Shown here in pieces: positions 51,409 to 64,000 of a DNA stretch of 64,000 bases. A program made the translations under genes and the position numbers. The notes beneath the pieces were generated by a model, which was not told the origin of the DNA, did not search any database, and was given only the letters and a program-made list of their open reading frames with translations. Origin of the DNA: Syncephalis fuscata S228 (lineage: Eukaryota; Fungi; Zoopagomycota); contig JAHLTZ010000047.1 of NCBI GenBank assembly GCA_025786725.1, forward strand, positions 1-64,000, written 5' to 3'. Position 1 is the stretch's first letter; each line of letters starts with the position of its first letter.

Positions 51409-52611
51409 GGTGTACTTTTAACAACTAAAAAAAGAAAAATAAAAAATTATACACACACGCAACTCAACTAGCTCAATATTAAGCAGTATACAATGTCGTG
51501 ACTTTTTCCGAATATGTGACAGTCTACCAAGCTACAAAAACATACAGACAAACAAGTAATATTAAATATATTATAGTGATCAAGTATTTAATGTTTTATT
51601 AACATTCTTAAAAATAATAATAAAAAGTAAATGCTTTAAAGGGATGGTTTATTGTTATTATTCAAAATCTACAGGTAAATAAACTTTAAAATAAGCTAAT
51701 ATTTAATTTAAATGGCTTCATAGTATTAGAAGGTGCCTTGTATATAATATAGTAATATTGCTGGCGCTATGTTTAGAAAAAGGAAAGATAATAAGCAACA
51801 TAATAGTCAATGTACTAGCGACAAAGATATGCTACACTATTTAGTAATATTGTTTAATGTTATAATAGATCATTTTGCCGACAAATGTAGTAAAAGTAAT
51901 ATTGTATTATAGCGTTTATATTCATCTAAAAGTTACTACTAATAAATCAATCTAGCCAATTATGAGTTATACTTTGTATTTTGTGCTAGTAGTTATACGT
52001 GTAAATGTAATATTAAAGTTTTTTTAGATATGTTCAATCAACACAGTGTATTAATTTATCGTATTCAGTTATGAGTTTGTTGCTTTGACTTGTATATTTA
52101 ATAAACACATAACAAAAGCATAGCAAGTGTTTACAAAATCAAATATTTGTTTTTGGTATATTAATGTAGCTTATACTCAGTAGTGCTGTTGCATTGCCGA
52201 TGCGATAATATCTACTAATATCCATATTAGCCAATATTTTTACGTAATGAATACACTAAATTTATATATCTATTTATTATATCGATTCATTATTATTATT
52301 ACTATTGATAGTTTTATTGCAATATTTGTTAATAATCAATTTAAAAAAGACTTTGTTGCGCGTAATTTTTTATTTTAGTCGAGGTTAAGTTCGATTGCAT
52401 AGATAATGCAAATAAGTAGAGATACGAAACTGCAACGACGTTATATACTAGAGGGAAAGGCTAGTCACTCTACACGTACTATGCAAGCGAAGGGAAAGAT
52501 AGAGTTCGAAGAGAGTAAAATATTGGTCACCTGTTCAACTGATATTCAGTGCAGATGACACACACACACACGCCCGCACAACAAACATATCAAGTAAAAT
52601 CAATTTTCAAA

Positions 52612-55423
52612 TTAGGCAGTGCCAGCTTTGGCAGCCATCAAGTTAAGTGCCGAACCAGCCTTGAACCATTCAATTTGGCCTTCGTTCATCGTGTGGTTGA
52701 CGGTGATGTCGACTACCTTACCGTCGGCCTTGTGTAGGCGTAATGTAAGTGGGACACCTGGAGTAAAGTTGGTAACGCCAACGATATCGACACGGTCGCT
52801 TGGGTCGATCTTTTCGTAGTCGGCGGGATTGGCAAAGGTCAGTGGGAGCATACCTTGCTTCTTGAGATTTGTTTCGTGGATACGAGCGAATGACTTGACA
52901 ATTACAGCCGAACCACCAAGATGACGGACTTCTAGCGCAGCATGTTCGCGAGATGAGCCCTCACCGTAGTTTTCGTCACCAACGACGACCCATGGGACAT
53001 TCTTGGCCTTGTAGTCACGGGCCACAGCTGGAACGGCGTCGAATTCACCAGTCAACACGTTCTTGACGCAGTTAGCCTTGTCGTTTTCGATGTTGATAGC
53101 GCCAATCAACATATTGTTGCTAATGTTGTCTAAATGGCCACGGTATTTGAGCCATGGGCCGGCCATGGAGATGTGATCGGTCGTGCACTTGCCCTTGACC
53201 TTAATAAGAATTGGCATGTTGGATGGGTCCTTGCCATCCCACTTCTTGAATGGTGTTAGCAATTCTAGACGATTGCTCTTTGGGTCAACGACGACCTTGA
53301 CGCCAGCAGCTTCAACACGGTCGGTTGGTGGTGCTTGATAGGTATTCTCACCGGCATCGTAGCCATTAGTTGGCAATTCGTCGCCGTATGGTGCAGTGAA
53401 CTTGAACTTTTCACCATCCTTGCCAGTAAGCGTGTCGGTGATTGGGTTGAAGCGCAAATCACCAGCAAATGTCATAGCTGTTACAATTTCTGGACTGGCG
53501 ACGAATGCGTGTGTTGCTGGATTGGCATCGTTACGACCGGTGAAGTTACGATTGTAGCTTGTAATAATAGAGTTCTTTTCGCCCTTCTTCACGTCACGAC
53601 GGTCCCATTGACCGATGCAAGGACCGCAGGCATTGGCAAGCACAGTGGCACCAGCAGCACCCAACACGTCGATCTGTCCATCACGAGCAATGGTGGCGCG
53701 AATCTGCTCACTACCCGGGGTAACAGTGAATAGCGACTTGGATGTAAGGCCGTGCGATAGAGCCTCCTTGGCAATTGAGGCTGAACGGGCCATATCTTCG
53801 TAGGAAGAGTTGGTGCAAGAGCCGATCAAGCCAACCTTAAGTTCAGCTGGCCAGTTGTTGGACTCAACAGCGTCCTTGAACTTGCTCAATGGTGTAGCAA
53901 GATCTGGAGTAAATGGACCATTGATATATGGCTCAAGTTCTGTCAAGTTGATTTCAATAACTTGGTCATACTTGGCATCTTCGTCGGCACGTAAGTTATG
54001 AGCAAAGCGTTCCGAAGCAGTAGCAATTTGAGAGCGGTTAGTAGCGCGCAAGTAGGCGCCCATACGATGGTTGAATGGGAATACGGAGGTAGTAGCACCA
54101 ATCTCAGCACCCATGTTACAAATGGTTGCCATACCAGTGCAGGATAGACTGTCGACACCTTCACCAAAGTATTCAACGATGGCACCAGTACCACCCTTGA
54201 CGGTAAGAATGCCAGCAACCTTAAGAATAACATCTATAATCATGATTGTAGTTAGTCAGTCAGATAACACAGCAATTGTACTATAGCTTACCCTTAGGCG
54301 AAGTCCAGCCGCTAATCTTGCCTGTAAGCTTGACACCAATGGCCTTTGGACATTTGACTTCCCATGGAATATCGGCCATAACATCGACGGCATCAGCACC
54401 ACCAACACCAACGGCAATCATACCAAGACCACCAGCATTGGGTGTATGCGAGTCAGTACCGATCATAAGACCACCGGGGAAGGCGTAGTTTTCCAAAATA
54501 ATCTGGTGAATAATACCAGAACCTGGACGCCAGAAACCAATACCGTACTTGGATGAAGCGGTAGACAAAAAGTCGTAGACTTCCTTGTTGATATCCTCGG
54601 CACGGGCCAAATCGCGTACACCACCGACTTGCGCCTCGATAAGATGGTCGCAATGGACGGTTGTGGGCACGGCTACTTGTGGAAGACCGGCAGACATGAA
54701 TTGCAACAATGCCATCTATTTAACACAGTACTATTAATAATGATTTATTGATATTTCATTACAGTTTATTTACCTGAGCGGTGGCATCTTGACAGGCTAC
54801 GCGATCTGGACGCAATTTCAAATAGCTGACACCACGTTCAATGTCTTGGTGGTGTGGATCGTCCAAATGACCGTAGACAATCTTCTCCGATAAAGTCAAA
54901 GGGCGATTGAGACTACAAATCACAACTGGTAAGTAATGACGTATGCAGAACACGATATGCTATATATGCTATTTGCCTATTAGTTTTTGTTTACTTACCG
55001 CTTACGAACAATAGCAAGATTGTCCTCAATACGTTTGTAGTTGATAAATTTTCCCTTTTCCACGCAGGACATAGGTACTCGATCTAAACCGGCATCGGAA
55101 GCTTGCGCAAAGCCACGCACTTGACTAGTCAACGCGGCCGGTGCACGAGAGGCAGCGACACGGCGAAGCGTGCTCGACTAAATAGCGCAAATAGGATAGA
55201 AAAAGTAGCGGATTAGTCATTGAATAACATATAGTTTGGATCATTGATTTATTAAAGCCAAAAAGTCACGTCGAGCACAGAGAGAGCAAGAGAGCAAGAG
55301 AGCAAGCAAGTATAAAAGCAATGCAAATTTATTATATCGTTGTTGCCGTATCAGCGATGCCGATCAATATAGTACGCGTGCCTTACTTACCACACCAAGG
55401 TTGCCCACAGCAGAGCGTAGCAT
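52612..55423 (-). CDS. ACO1: Mitochondrial aconitate hydratase, multi-exon
   Basis: Targeting peptide; [62 protein letters not shown]. Confidence 0.98.
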
Positions 55424-56308
55424 GTTGGTAACAGCAACTAGAACAAATGTTGTTGCCACCAAGCAACAAGGAACAAAGAAAGTAGATAAAGAAGCAAGCA
55501 GTGAATGGTAGTGGAAAGAGAGAAGGAAGGAGGCAAACAACGACGACACCTTTTATTTTGTACTGTTGTGTGTGTGTGTGTTTGCACCGGACATGCACAT
55601 GTCTGTGTATGGATTGTGTGTTGTTGTTAAAGGGGATACAACGGATAAAAGTATAGGAAATTCCCAGGTGTAATGACGATGCTACTACTAATAATGCTAA
55701 TAATACATCTAACGATGAAATCATCTTTGGTTATTGTGTCCAAATAACAATTATTACAAAAACATGTGACAGTGTGATACAGCTGTTTGCTAGTTTATTA
55801 TAAACGTGTTGATACAAGTATATTGTTATTGCCGACTATTACTATTGAAACGTTAATTAGTACACTAGCCACACTGATAGACTACACGCTTTGTCATCTT
55901 CATTTATTGTATAAAAAGATGAAAGATATTCATATAATTAAATGACCGCTTTATCAAGGTCATTGATGCGATCAATATTTCACAAATGCTCCGTATTCTT
56001 CCGAGATTGTTTGCAAACATCCCAAAATGGTAACACAAAACAGCCATCATTATTGATCCATTTGATCTTTTGTAGGCATAAATAATTTAAACTCCAGTCT
56101 GGGGTAATAAACAGGTAGTTGCTATCCATGATCAATTATATTGACACAAATGAATAAAGTATCAAATAAGGTTAATAGTGTAGTCATTGTTATTAACTAG
56201 TGCTATTAATAATACAATAAGGTATAAACAGTGGTTGGCAACCTATTCTTTCTTGTCCACCTGGAATATCTATTATTTCATTTTAGTCATAGTATTATTG
56301 CTAATACA

Positions 56309-57095
56309 ATGGAAAAGTTACATGATGTTCACGATCCAGTACGACGCAAATGCACGTTACATAAATAAATAATGATAATGATAGTTGCCATTATTGTAAT
56401 ATTTAATATCTAATAATTGAATTGTATAGGTGCGCGTATGTTAGCGAATGCATTACGTGGTGAAGATGAAAGTACATCAAGTAGCCAAAGTAAGTAATGA
56501 CATCACATTAACTATTAATATTAACTTATACTTATATGTATGTATGTATGTGTATACTCATCAATAGACGATACTATTATGCAGATTGCTGCTGAGACAG
56601 AAAAAGGTAATAGAAGGCAACCATAATCTATTGCCATCCATTGATTAATAGATATAACACTTATTAGGATTATTTGAACGTGCAAACTGCCAAGTAACAC
56701 CTGATTACAAGACAGCTGTGCGATCACGTTTATGGAATCTACGTAATCCTAAAAATCCCCAATTACGTGAGCAATTGATACAAGGTGAATTAACACCATA
56801 TCATTTTGCCCGTATGTCCGACGAGGTAGCTATTAGAATAGATAAAGCTTTAATGTTTGATACCTATTTACGCCTTACTATTGCCATTCCTATGACTATT
56901 AATTAGGAAATGTCAAGTGAAGAGCAAAGGAAAGAAATGCGCCGTATGCGTCGCGAAACCATGCGAGATGCCATTGGCCGTGATCATATGCTACAGATGG
57001 CTATACACGATCCTGAAGAACCGCTTGAGCGATGGCCGATTAACGAACTAGAACCAGACGAGCGCGATCCTTATCCAGGAGCCAGTGAGACTTAA
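56309..57095 (+). CDS. Small TFIIS central-domain (TFIIS_M) protein, ~4 introns
   Basis: DPVRRKCARMLANAL...YKTAVRSRLWNLRNPKNPQLREQLIQGELTP..ARMSDEEMSSEE; no zinc ribbon follows. Confidence 0.75.
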
Positions 57096-57241
57096 TGGTA
57101 CAAATAATAAATCATATATCCAATCGGCCATTTTAGAACAATTGAATTAATTAAAAATGCTAATTGCACTTTTTATGCTAAATCAACTACCTAGTCGTAA
57201 TCGTATTAAAACATAACAATTTTTACTTTATTACTAAGTTG

Positions 57242-60200
57242 TTAAAACAAATCATCAATACGATGAACGGTAATACGTCGTTCGATTGCATCGTATGCTT
57301 CTTCCATACTAAGCGAATAGACACAAAGTCGTTCAAGTAGTAATTGAGCCGATGACGTATCGCCTGTATTGACTGCTTTGCGTAGCTGTTGTGTTACTTG
57401 TTCGACGGTCATGGGATCCTCGGTGGTATTTGTATACTGTTCTGGTTTTAATTCTTTTTCTGTCGGTAGTCGATATAACGTGGCAATATCTCGCATACTA
57501 AATCACGATCAATGATAGCATCAACAAACTCGTCAACAAACTTACCGACGATAATGGCGTTCTGGACGACGAATGACATGTCGCCCAAGACTGGCTAGAC
57601 CACGTTCGAAATCAACCGACAATTGATGGGCCCCAGCATCACCAAATTGATGTGTACGTACTACACGCATCCATAGCCATTCATCGATAGAGGCAGCAAC
57701 TGCACGCAAAATGGCTGTAGTAACTGGTCGTGGTAAATTATCACCAAGAAAACCGATTATTTGGGCAAGTTCGGCCAAAGGACGAGCAAGTTCTGGAGAT
57801 ATTTCAATTGCTTGCACATCCATACTAGGCGATTTGTCATCTTGAGTGGGTGTGCGTGGCGTGACCGGCTTGCTGTTATCTTCAGTCTCATTTATATCAG
57901 CGGATGATTTATCAGCATTCTGAAGCATATGGTGTGTTGCTGCTAGCCAGCCATGCCTAATTAATAAACACCCAATGTTATTGAGTAGCCTATTATTTAT
58001 CAATTAATATACCCACTTTTTCGTATATGCCTTTAAAGCATACGTCACCTCTTGAGTGATACTACGTGTTACCAAATCCTGTAGTCGTTGTACAAGTGCA
58101 CTGTATGCTTCAATGATTTCTTCAAACACTGTGACTTCCTCATCGTTACCTTCCGTGCCTAGTTGTGTTGCCTCTTGCCATGCGTTATCAACATTCGGCG
58201 ATGCTTTAGGCGTTGAATGAAGCGATATGTCACGCCATAGCTCAAGAAAGAACTATAATCAATAAATAAATACACTTTTATCATGCTGTCTTCTTTTACT
58301 TGCCACATCATCGGCCCAATCGCGCATTGCTGACTGAATATAGAGTAGACTGTCCATCCAACGTGATAGTAATTTCAATCCAGCTAACCCAGATATTTGG
58401 TCACGGGCTTGCCGTTGTACCATACTTAAAGCACCAAACCGTGTACGTTCATAAGCATCAGCTTTACTAATAATCTCTGTACGATACTGATCCAATAATG
58501 TAATTTGAATTTCAAGTAAAAATCTAATGCGATCTGATATTCTTGGCAATTCTCTATATCTTTCTATAGTAAATATTAGTATTAATAAACATCGATAGTA
58601 ATAGCAGTAGGTAAATACCTGTTACAATTTCCATTAAATTAATCAATGAGTCAGCTGATTTCGTTGGACGTGCTTCATCTTGTTCTGTTGCCTCTTCGTA
58701 GGAAGGGTGTTTAGATAGGGAGGTTAACTGTTCATGGGCTGTATCGCTAACTAGCCATTCCCAGGCACCATCCTCGTTAATAATCTCTTCATATCGAGCA
58801 AGTGCAACTATTGAAAGTATTTATTATAATTAATAAACCAATATGCAATAATACATAATACTTACATTCTTTCTCAATCGAAAGCCATTGTTTAAATTGA
58901 CGCTTATCGCCAATCATTACATTGACCGTGCCTTTCCATTCACGGCCATCTTCTAATCGGTAATTATAACCATCTCGAATATCTACATCAAATGATAGTG
59001 CTTCAGCAATAGCATGTGAAAGTAATGCAGGATGGTCTAGTAATCTAGGCATATCACTCTGTAATTTCTCTGACATTGCTTGTACTAGCGCCGTAATAAA
59101 TCGTTGCTATTTAAACTCATTAACTACTAATATTGCTATACATATATATATATATATAACTACCTTGGCACGCCAGGTAAGACCAGCATGTTCAATTAAA
59201 GGTTGGCACTCCTGATCGAGTAGGTTGGCATGATCGCTTATAACGTTAAGTATGTGTGTAAACATCCATTCAGGCTAATTATATTAATTAATATTAAATA
59301 GTCCACATTTTATGCTAATCCATTACTTACTTTATCTAGTCGATTAGTGGGCCGTTTTCCTTCAAAGTGAAACTTGAATCGTACTAACAATGGTTCAACC
59401 ATCAACTGAATAGCCAGACCTGATTGTATATTAAATTGTCCTTTTGTTGATGTCGATTTCATTAACGAAAAAGTTTTCTCTTGTCCCTGATCTTCGCCAC
59501 TTGTCTCTTTTATGCCGGCATCGCGTAAAAGCTGTTCAGCCCATCTAATTGTAGGTTAAATAATTAAAGACATTAATATTAATGTTAATAGTAATATTAA
59601 GCAAATAAATCAGTAATAGGATACGGTTCTTCAAGTACAAGCAAATCAGCAAATGCTCGACGAAATGTGCGGATCTTAACGGCCAATCCACTAGAATGCG
59701 GATATCGTATCGGTGCTGGCCATTGAATTTCTTCTAATGCCCGTGTAAATCGTCTATAATAAAATGCGTTAATTTAGTTATTAACACATATTATGATTAT
59801 TATTTACTTTTCAAGTGTTGTGTGTAATGATAGCCATACTGATTGTAATAATTGATTTAAATGACTAGATAAATGTCCGTGTTGTGACATACGTCGACGT
59901 AACTCGGCTAAATCCGCAAATGCTGTTAATGCACGTTTTGGCGCTCGTTCTGCCTCAATTTGCGCTTGAACACTAAAACACGTAAATTATTATTAATACA
60001 TACATTAATATCACTTTCATTATTTACCAAAGATCATCAGCCAATAATAACGATCGTAAATATTCATCAGCCATTTGCAATTTCTGCATTCGGTTGCATA
60101 GTTGACCAATTTGTTGACTCAATTGGCCTGGGTGCTGTCCAACTGATGTTACTGTTTCAACACGGCCTAGTAGATTATGACGCGTTGCCTCTAGTGTTGC

Positions 60201-60638
60201 CACACGCTTGATTGTATCACGCGCTGCCACCTCGGCTCGCTCAATTACGCTTGCTGTTGCTTCTTGTGCCTTTTCAAGCTAAGGTTGCAACGCCGTGTAA
60301 GCGATAGCATGTTCGGCTAATGGCCATTAAAGTGCCAAACTTACCTGTTCAACAAGCTGGCCTTGTCGTTTCTGTCGTGTGGCCAATAGACGGGTTACTT
60401 GGTCAAGTGATTGAATGCTTACATCGAACCGAGCATTAATGAAAGTAGCCGTATTTGCGTCGACTCTAGCCTTGTTAGCAGCTGTGTCACTAGTGCTGGT
60501 ATCGTTATTGGTGTCGTTGCCTTGTAGGCCCACCAATAACTGTTGGCAGACTTGAGTAGTCGCCGTGTCTACCGTGGCCGATTCTTCTACCGCGTCTGAA
60601 ACGCCAGGCGCGCCTTGAGTTGCAATCGTCGACGCCAT
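57242..60638 (-). CDS. TIP20: RINT1/Tip20 family ER-Golgi tethering subunit, many introns
   Basis: IQWP, RFKFHFEGKRPTNRLDKPEWMF, LLSHAIAEALSFD, RFLLEIQI, FGDAGAHQLSVDF. Confidence 0.88.
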
Positions 60639-63075
60639 GGTTTTTTAGAATGCAATCGTTGCCAGATTGCGTGACACTGCAGCACTATTGAATAAAAAAA
60701 GACCTCGTTGTCTATGAATAGCACTGACGGCTATGATATAAAAAGGAGGAAATAGCCAATGATGATGATTCATATTAGTATTTCTGTGACACAGATTCAC
60801 AGATTCACACACACAACAGAAAGAATAAGACGACCCATTAATGATTAGAAATATTTTACTGCGTAGAAGTGTATGTCCCAGTAATACCTTGAATTATTCA
60901 AGGCTAGGTGTGCTAACTTGTCCATCTAGATTGCATTACTATATTTACTAACTTAGCGCATAGTCAAGATGTATCACTAATTAGTACAGCAATGCAATGA
61001 GTGCAGTTTATAATAAATATTGCTATAATAATCATCAAGTGAATTAATTAAACAATTGTATTGCACACTAATAACAACCTTTTAACTTACTAAGCCTATC
61101 TTAGTCAATATCAACTCGATAATGTCCAGAGTTGTAGTGGATAATTGGTCCTACATGGACCTTGTACGTATTTCTGTTTAGTCTCAAAACGAAATGCTGT
61201 ACAAGGACGTTTGATCAATACGTACACATAATTGTGGTTTTATCTAGTGGTTACCGTGTTACTTGTAAGTGTTGGCATGGCATTCTTGCAGTGTATGGGA
61301 TTTGTGTTGTTAGTGTGCATCGATAGTTTTGTGTTTATTGGCAAGGCCTGTGTAAACTAATTGCTGACAACTTGACACAACCTATAGCTTGTATTTGGCG
61401 ACAGTACCAAGATCGTGTCCGTCGCATGATAATCTATACCGATGCAAGTGGTCTGGCTCAGTTTACGATAATATGCAGGGATGGAGAATAAATCAACAAG
61501 TTACTTTATTTTCGGTATACTAAATACAAGAATAGATACGCTTAAATGATGCATTAATAAATATTACGTTAGTATAGTATCATTTATTGGCAACAATGGC
61601 TTAAAGATTCTATATAGATTATCAATTAGACTGTGTACAGGCAGCCATGTTTAAATTATATGGCAAATATAATTAAAACATAATCAAAGTATAGTGCCTT
61701 CTTATTTGAATTTCTTCGAATGCAAGGGCGTTTTATCTCTGGGGTCATTTCCTTCTAAAGATTGCTTCTGGCCTTTAACTTGATTCTTGGCTTTTGCCGT
61801 ATTTTAATGCACTTCTTTTTCATTATAGTTTACGAAAAATGAAGTAGCTCTAATAGCTATAGCAATATTAGTGGTAGTAATAGTAAATCGCGCTATGATG
61901 TTATTAATAATTGTTAAAAATATCAACAAATTAACGGCTTGTTCACGGTCCTTGGTAAAGTATCTACTATTTAGAATAAAGTAACTGATGGCTGGTCACG
62001 TGAGGGGTGAAGCGACTTGGGTAAACCGAGACTAGTGTGACTGAGTCATCCTTGAAACGTCGTTGCATTGCCAATAAAGCTTGTTTGTAGTGCGGTACTT
62101 ATTGCTATCGCCTAGTTGAATATAGGTCCATACTCTCCGTGTATGATGCCATCTATCGGCAAATGACTTGGCCGGTAGTTACACTTATACGTTGCTGAAC
62201 ACACCGACCCTTGTATCTGCTAACTTTGGCGTTGTTTAGTAAATCGCTTAATAAAACCGATTCACCAATGGCCATTTATTAATACTGTTTTTTGATGCAG
62301 TGTATCAGTTAGGCGTTGCATTAGCAGATGGCTACACCTGCCGCTTAGACGTCGCCTTGCTTACTACTACTACTACTACTATTACTACTTATCATTATCT
62401 CCCGAGTTATTTCAATAACTACCCGAGAGAATTGAGCAATTAACGCCTTGAACTGCAAAGTCTACAGAGTGCATGTGACTGTTCACTATGACTATTCATT
62501 TGCTCGTAATTGGTCCACGCCTCCCTTTTTGTTTCATACTATAAGAATCACTATATGGATATGTAACCTCAAAGAGTTTAAATAGCGTCGTTAACAATCA
62601 ATATCGCCACTTTTACAAATCATATTATCACTCGTTTCTCACTTGCTACCATCTACGATTGTCGCAGCCGTATTACGGTAAATTCATTAAGCACTTTTTG
62701 TCGTACATCTTTATATAATCTTACATACATAAACACGTCGTTATTCTTCTTTGTTTCAAGTCGGTCTTTTTTGTTCGTTGTACTTCTTTCGACACAATAA
62801 CTACCGCAACAACAACAACAACACTCATATCAACCATATCATCCCCAATAGTTCAATTTCACTTTCTTATCTTAATAACATAGGTAACGGTGGCAGTGTT
62901 AATTATCTAAGCCCATTTGTATTTCATTTCTACTCGTACTAAGTGATTATTGCTACGCTATTGTCTATTGATTAATCAATTGCCTTTATTTCATATAACC
63001 TCGCAAAAACAAAGGATTAGTTTCACTATCAATCTATCTATTTACATCTATTGCTATTGTATCAGTGCTTGTAAT

Positions 63076-64000
63076 ATGACTCCACCTCAAGTAGTTTTGG
63101 ATGAAAGTAAAGTTCAATTAAACCACCCATCGTTCAAGGCGTCCACTCTTTATTATTCGCTATTCAATAGTCCTTGTAGTGTCGCTACCCGTCTACCTGA
63201 AGAATGTCTTATCCACATTCTTTCCTTTCTACCATTGACTACGCTGTTAACGGTAACGCGCGGTACTTGTCGGCACTGGCGGCATCAACTTGTACCGCAT
63301 GCCGTATTGGCTGCGTTGCGCCGCCAACAAGCGCGGTGCACTGTTTATACAAACCCGCCTTACTTGAACTTTAGTTGGGTGTATAGCATGTCGCAGGCCG
63401 ACCGGCTTCACTTGTCGCCCGTATCGGTCGATCCCGCAAATGAAGTGGTGATCTTCAAAATGGCACGGCCCACAGACAAATCCGACTCGTCGATGGAAGG
63501 GTGGATGGGCACAGAGTCTGATGTAATCGACGCTGCCTTGCGAGCAGTACGGCATTTTAAAGTTGACTTTTCTGGCTGGCCCAGTGGCGCGTCGGCGCGC
63601 CGTTTTACTCGGCGCCAAATGAGAAATCGAGAACGGCGCCAAGAAGAAGCACTACGACTTGCTTCACTTATGTGGTACGAGTCGTCGCAGCAGCAGCAGC
63701 AGCAGCAGCGTCAACGTTCCTCTTCTGCTCACGAATCAATTACCCAAGCTGTCGATCATTTGTCGACGGAATCAGCTGCTGTATTACCGTCGAATTCATT
63801 ACTTACTACCAATCAGCTTCAGCATCTTCATTCGTTAACGCCATCCGTTCACACACTCGCCTCGTCCCATGCCGTTTTTGGTCCTATGAATGGAACAATG
63901 ACGCCGAATCGCTATAGTAATAGCCATAGTAGTCACAACAGTCACACTATAATGGAAAGCGGTGATCATTCTCACCATCACCACCACCACCACCACCATC
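63076..64000 (+). CDS. F-box domain protein, partial (runs off the window; apparent frameshifts)
   Basis: LPEECLIHILSF then, after a 1-bp shift at ~63228, LPLTTLLTVTRGTCRHWR; (CAG)n and (CAC)n tracts downstream. Confidence 0.6.
   Translation, partial: MTPPQVVLDESKVQLNHPSFKASTLYYSLFNSPCSVATRLPEECLIHILSFLPLTTLLTVTRGTCRHWRHQLVPHAVLAALRRQQARCTVYTNPPYLNFSWVYSMSQADRLHLSPVSVDPANEVVIFKMARPTDKSDSSMEGWMGTESDVIDAALRAVRHFKVDFSGWPSGASARRFTRRQMRNRERRQEEALRLASLMWYESSQQQQQQQRQRSSSAHESITQAVDHLSTESAAVLPSNSLLTTNQLQHLHSLTPSVHTLASSHAVFGPMNGTMTPNRYSNSHSSHNSHTIMESGDHSHHHHHHHHH

Noticed and set aside
60900-62400. Possible small gene or ncRNA in the TIP20/F-box intergenic region
   Set aside because: No convincing ORF, splice model or RNA structure by eye.

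Overview
This is AT-rich, intron-rich eukaryotic DNA from a fungus. A myosin-motor chitin synthase, a GPI-type Cu-only SOD, DIRS and chromovirus elements and short GT-AG introns point to an early-diverging lineage; a Zoopagomycota-like parasite is my inference from the secreted pseudokinase. Conserved genes: mitochondrial carrier, extracellular SOD, class V chitin synthase, tRNA-Pro, glycogen branching enzyme, CBS-PB1 protein, DPH5, aconitase, a TFIIS-central-domain protein, RINT1/TIP20 and a partial F-box gene. The centrepiece (19052-28539) is a complete DIRS1-type tyrosine-recombinase retrotransposon with ITRs and an ICR. It inserted into a short palindrome and was then split by a young Ty3/Gypsy chromovirus (274-bp LTRs that look identical, ATTCC TSD). 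Removing the Gypsy restores two almost fully overlapping ORFs, and both elements carry slippery site + stem-loop -1 frameshift signals. The window is also rich in long inverted repeats: two foldback elements with mosaic arms; a ~1 kb segment present in opposite orientations between the same flanks at two loci; a palindromic duplication of a small secreted Cys peptide gene; and 518-bp inverted repeats around a secreted pseudokinase. Many 1-bp frameshifts in otherwise intact genes look like long-read consensus errors. All calls were made by eye; no searches were run.
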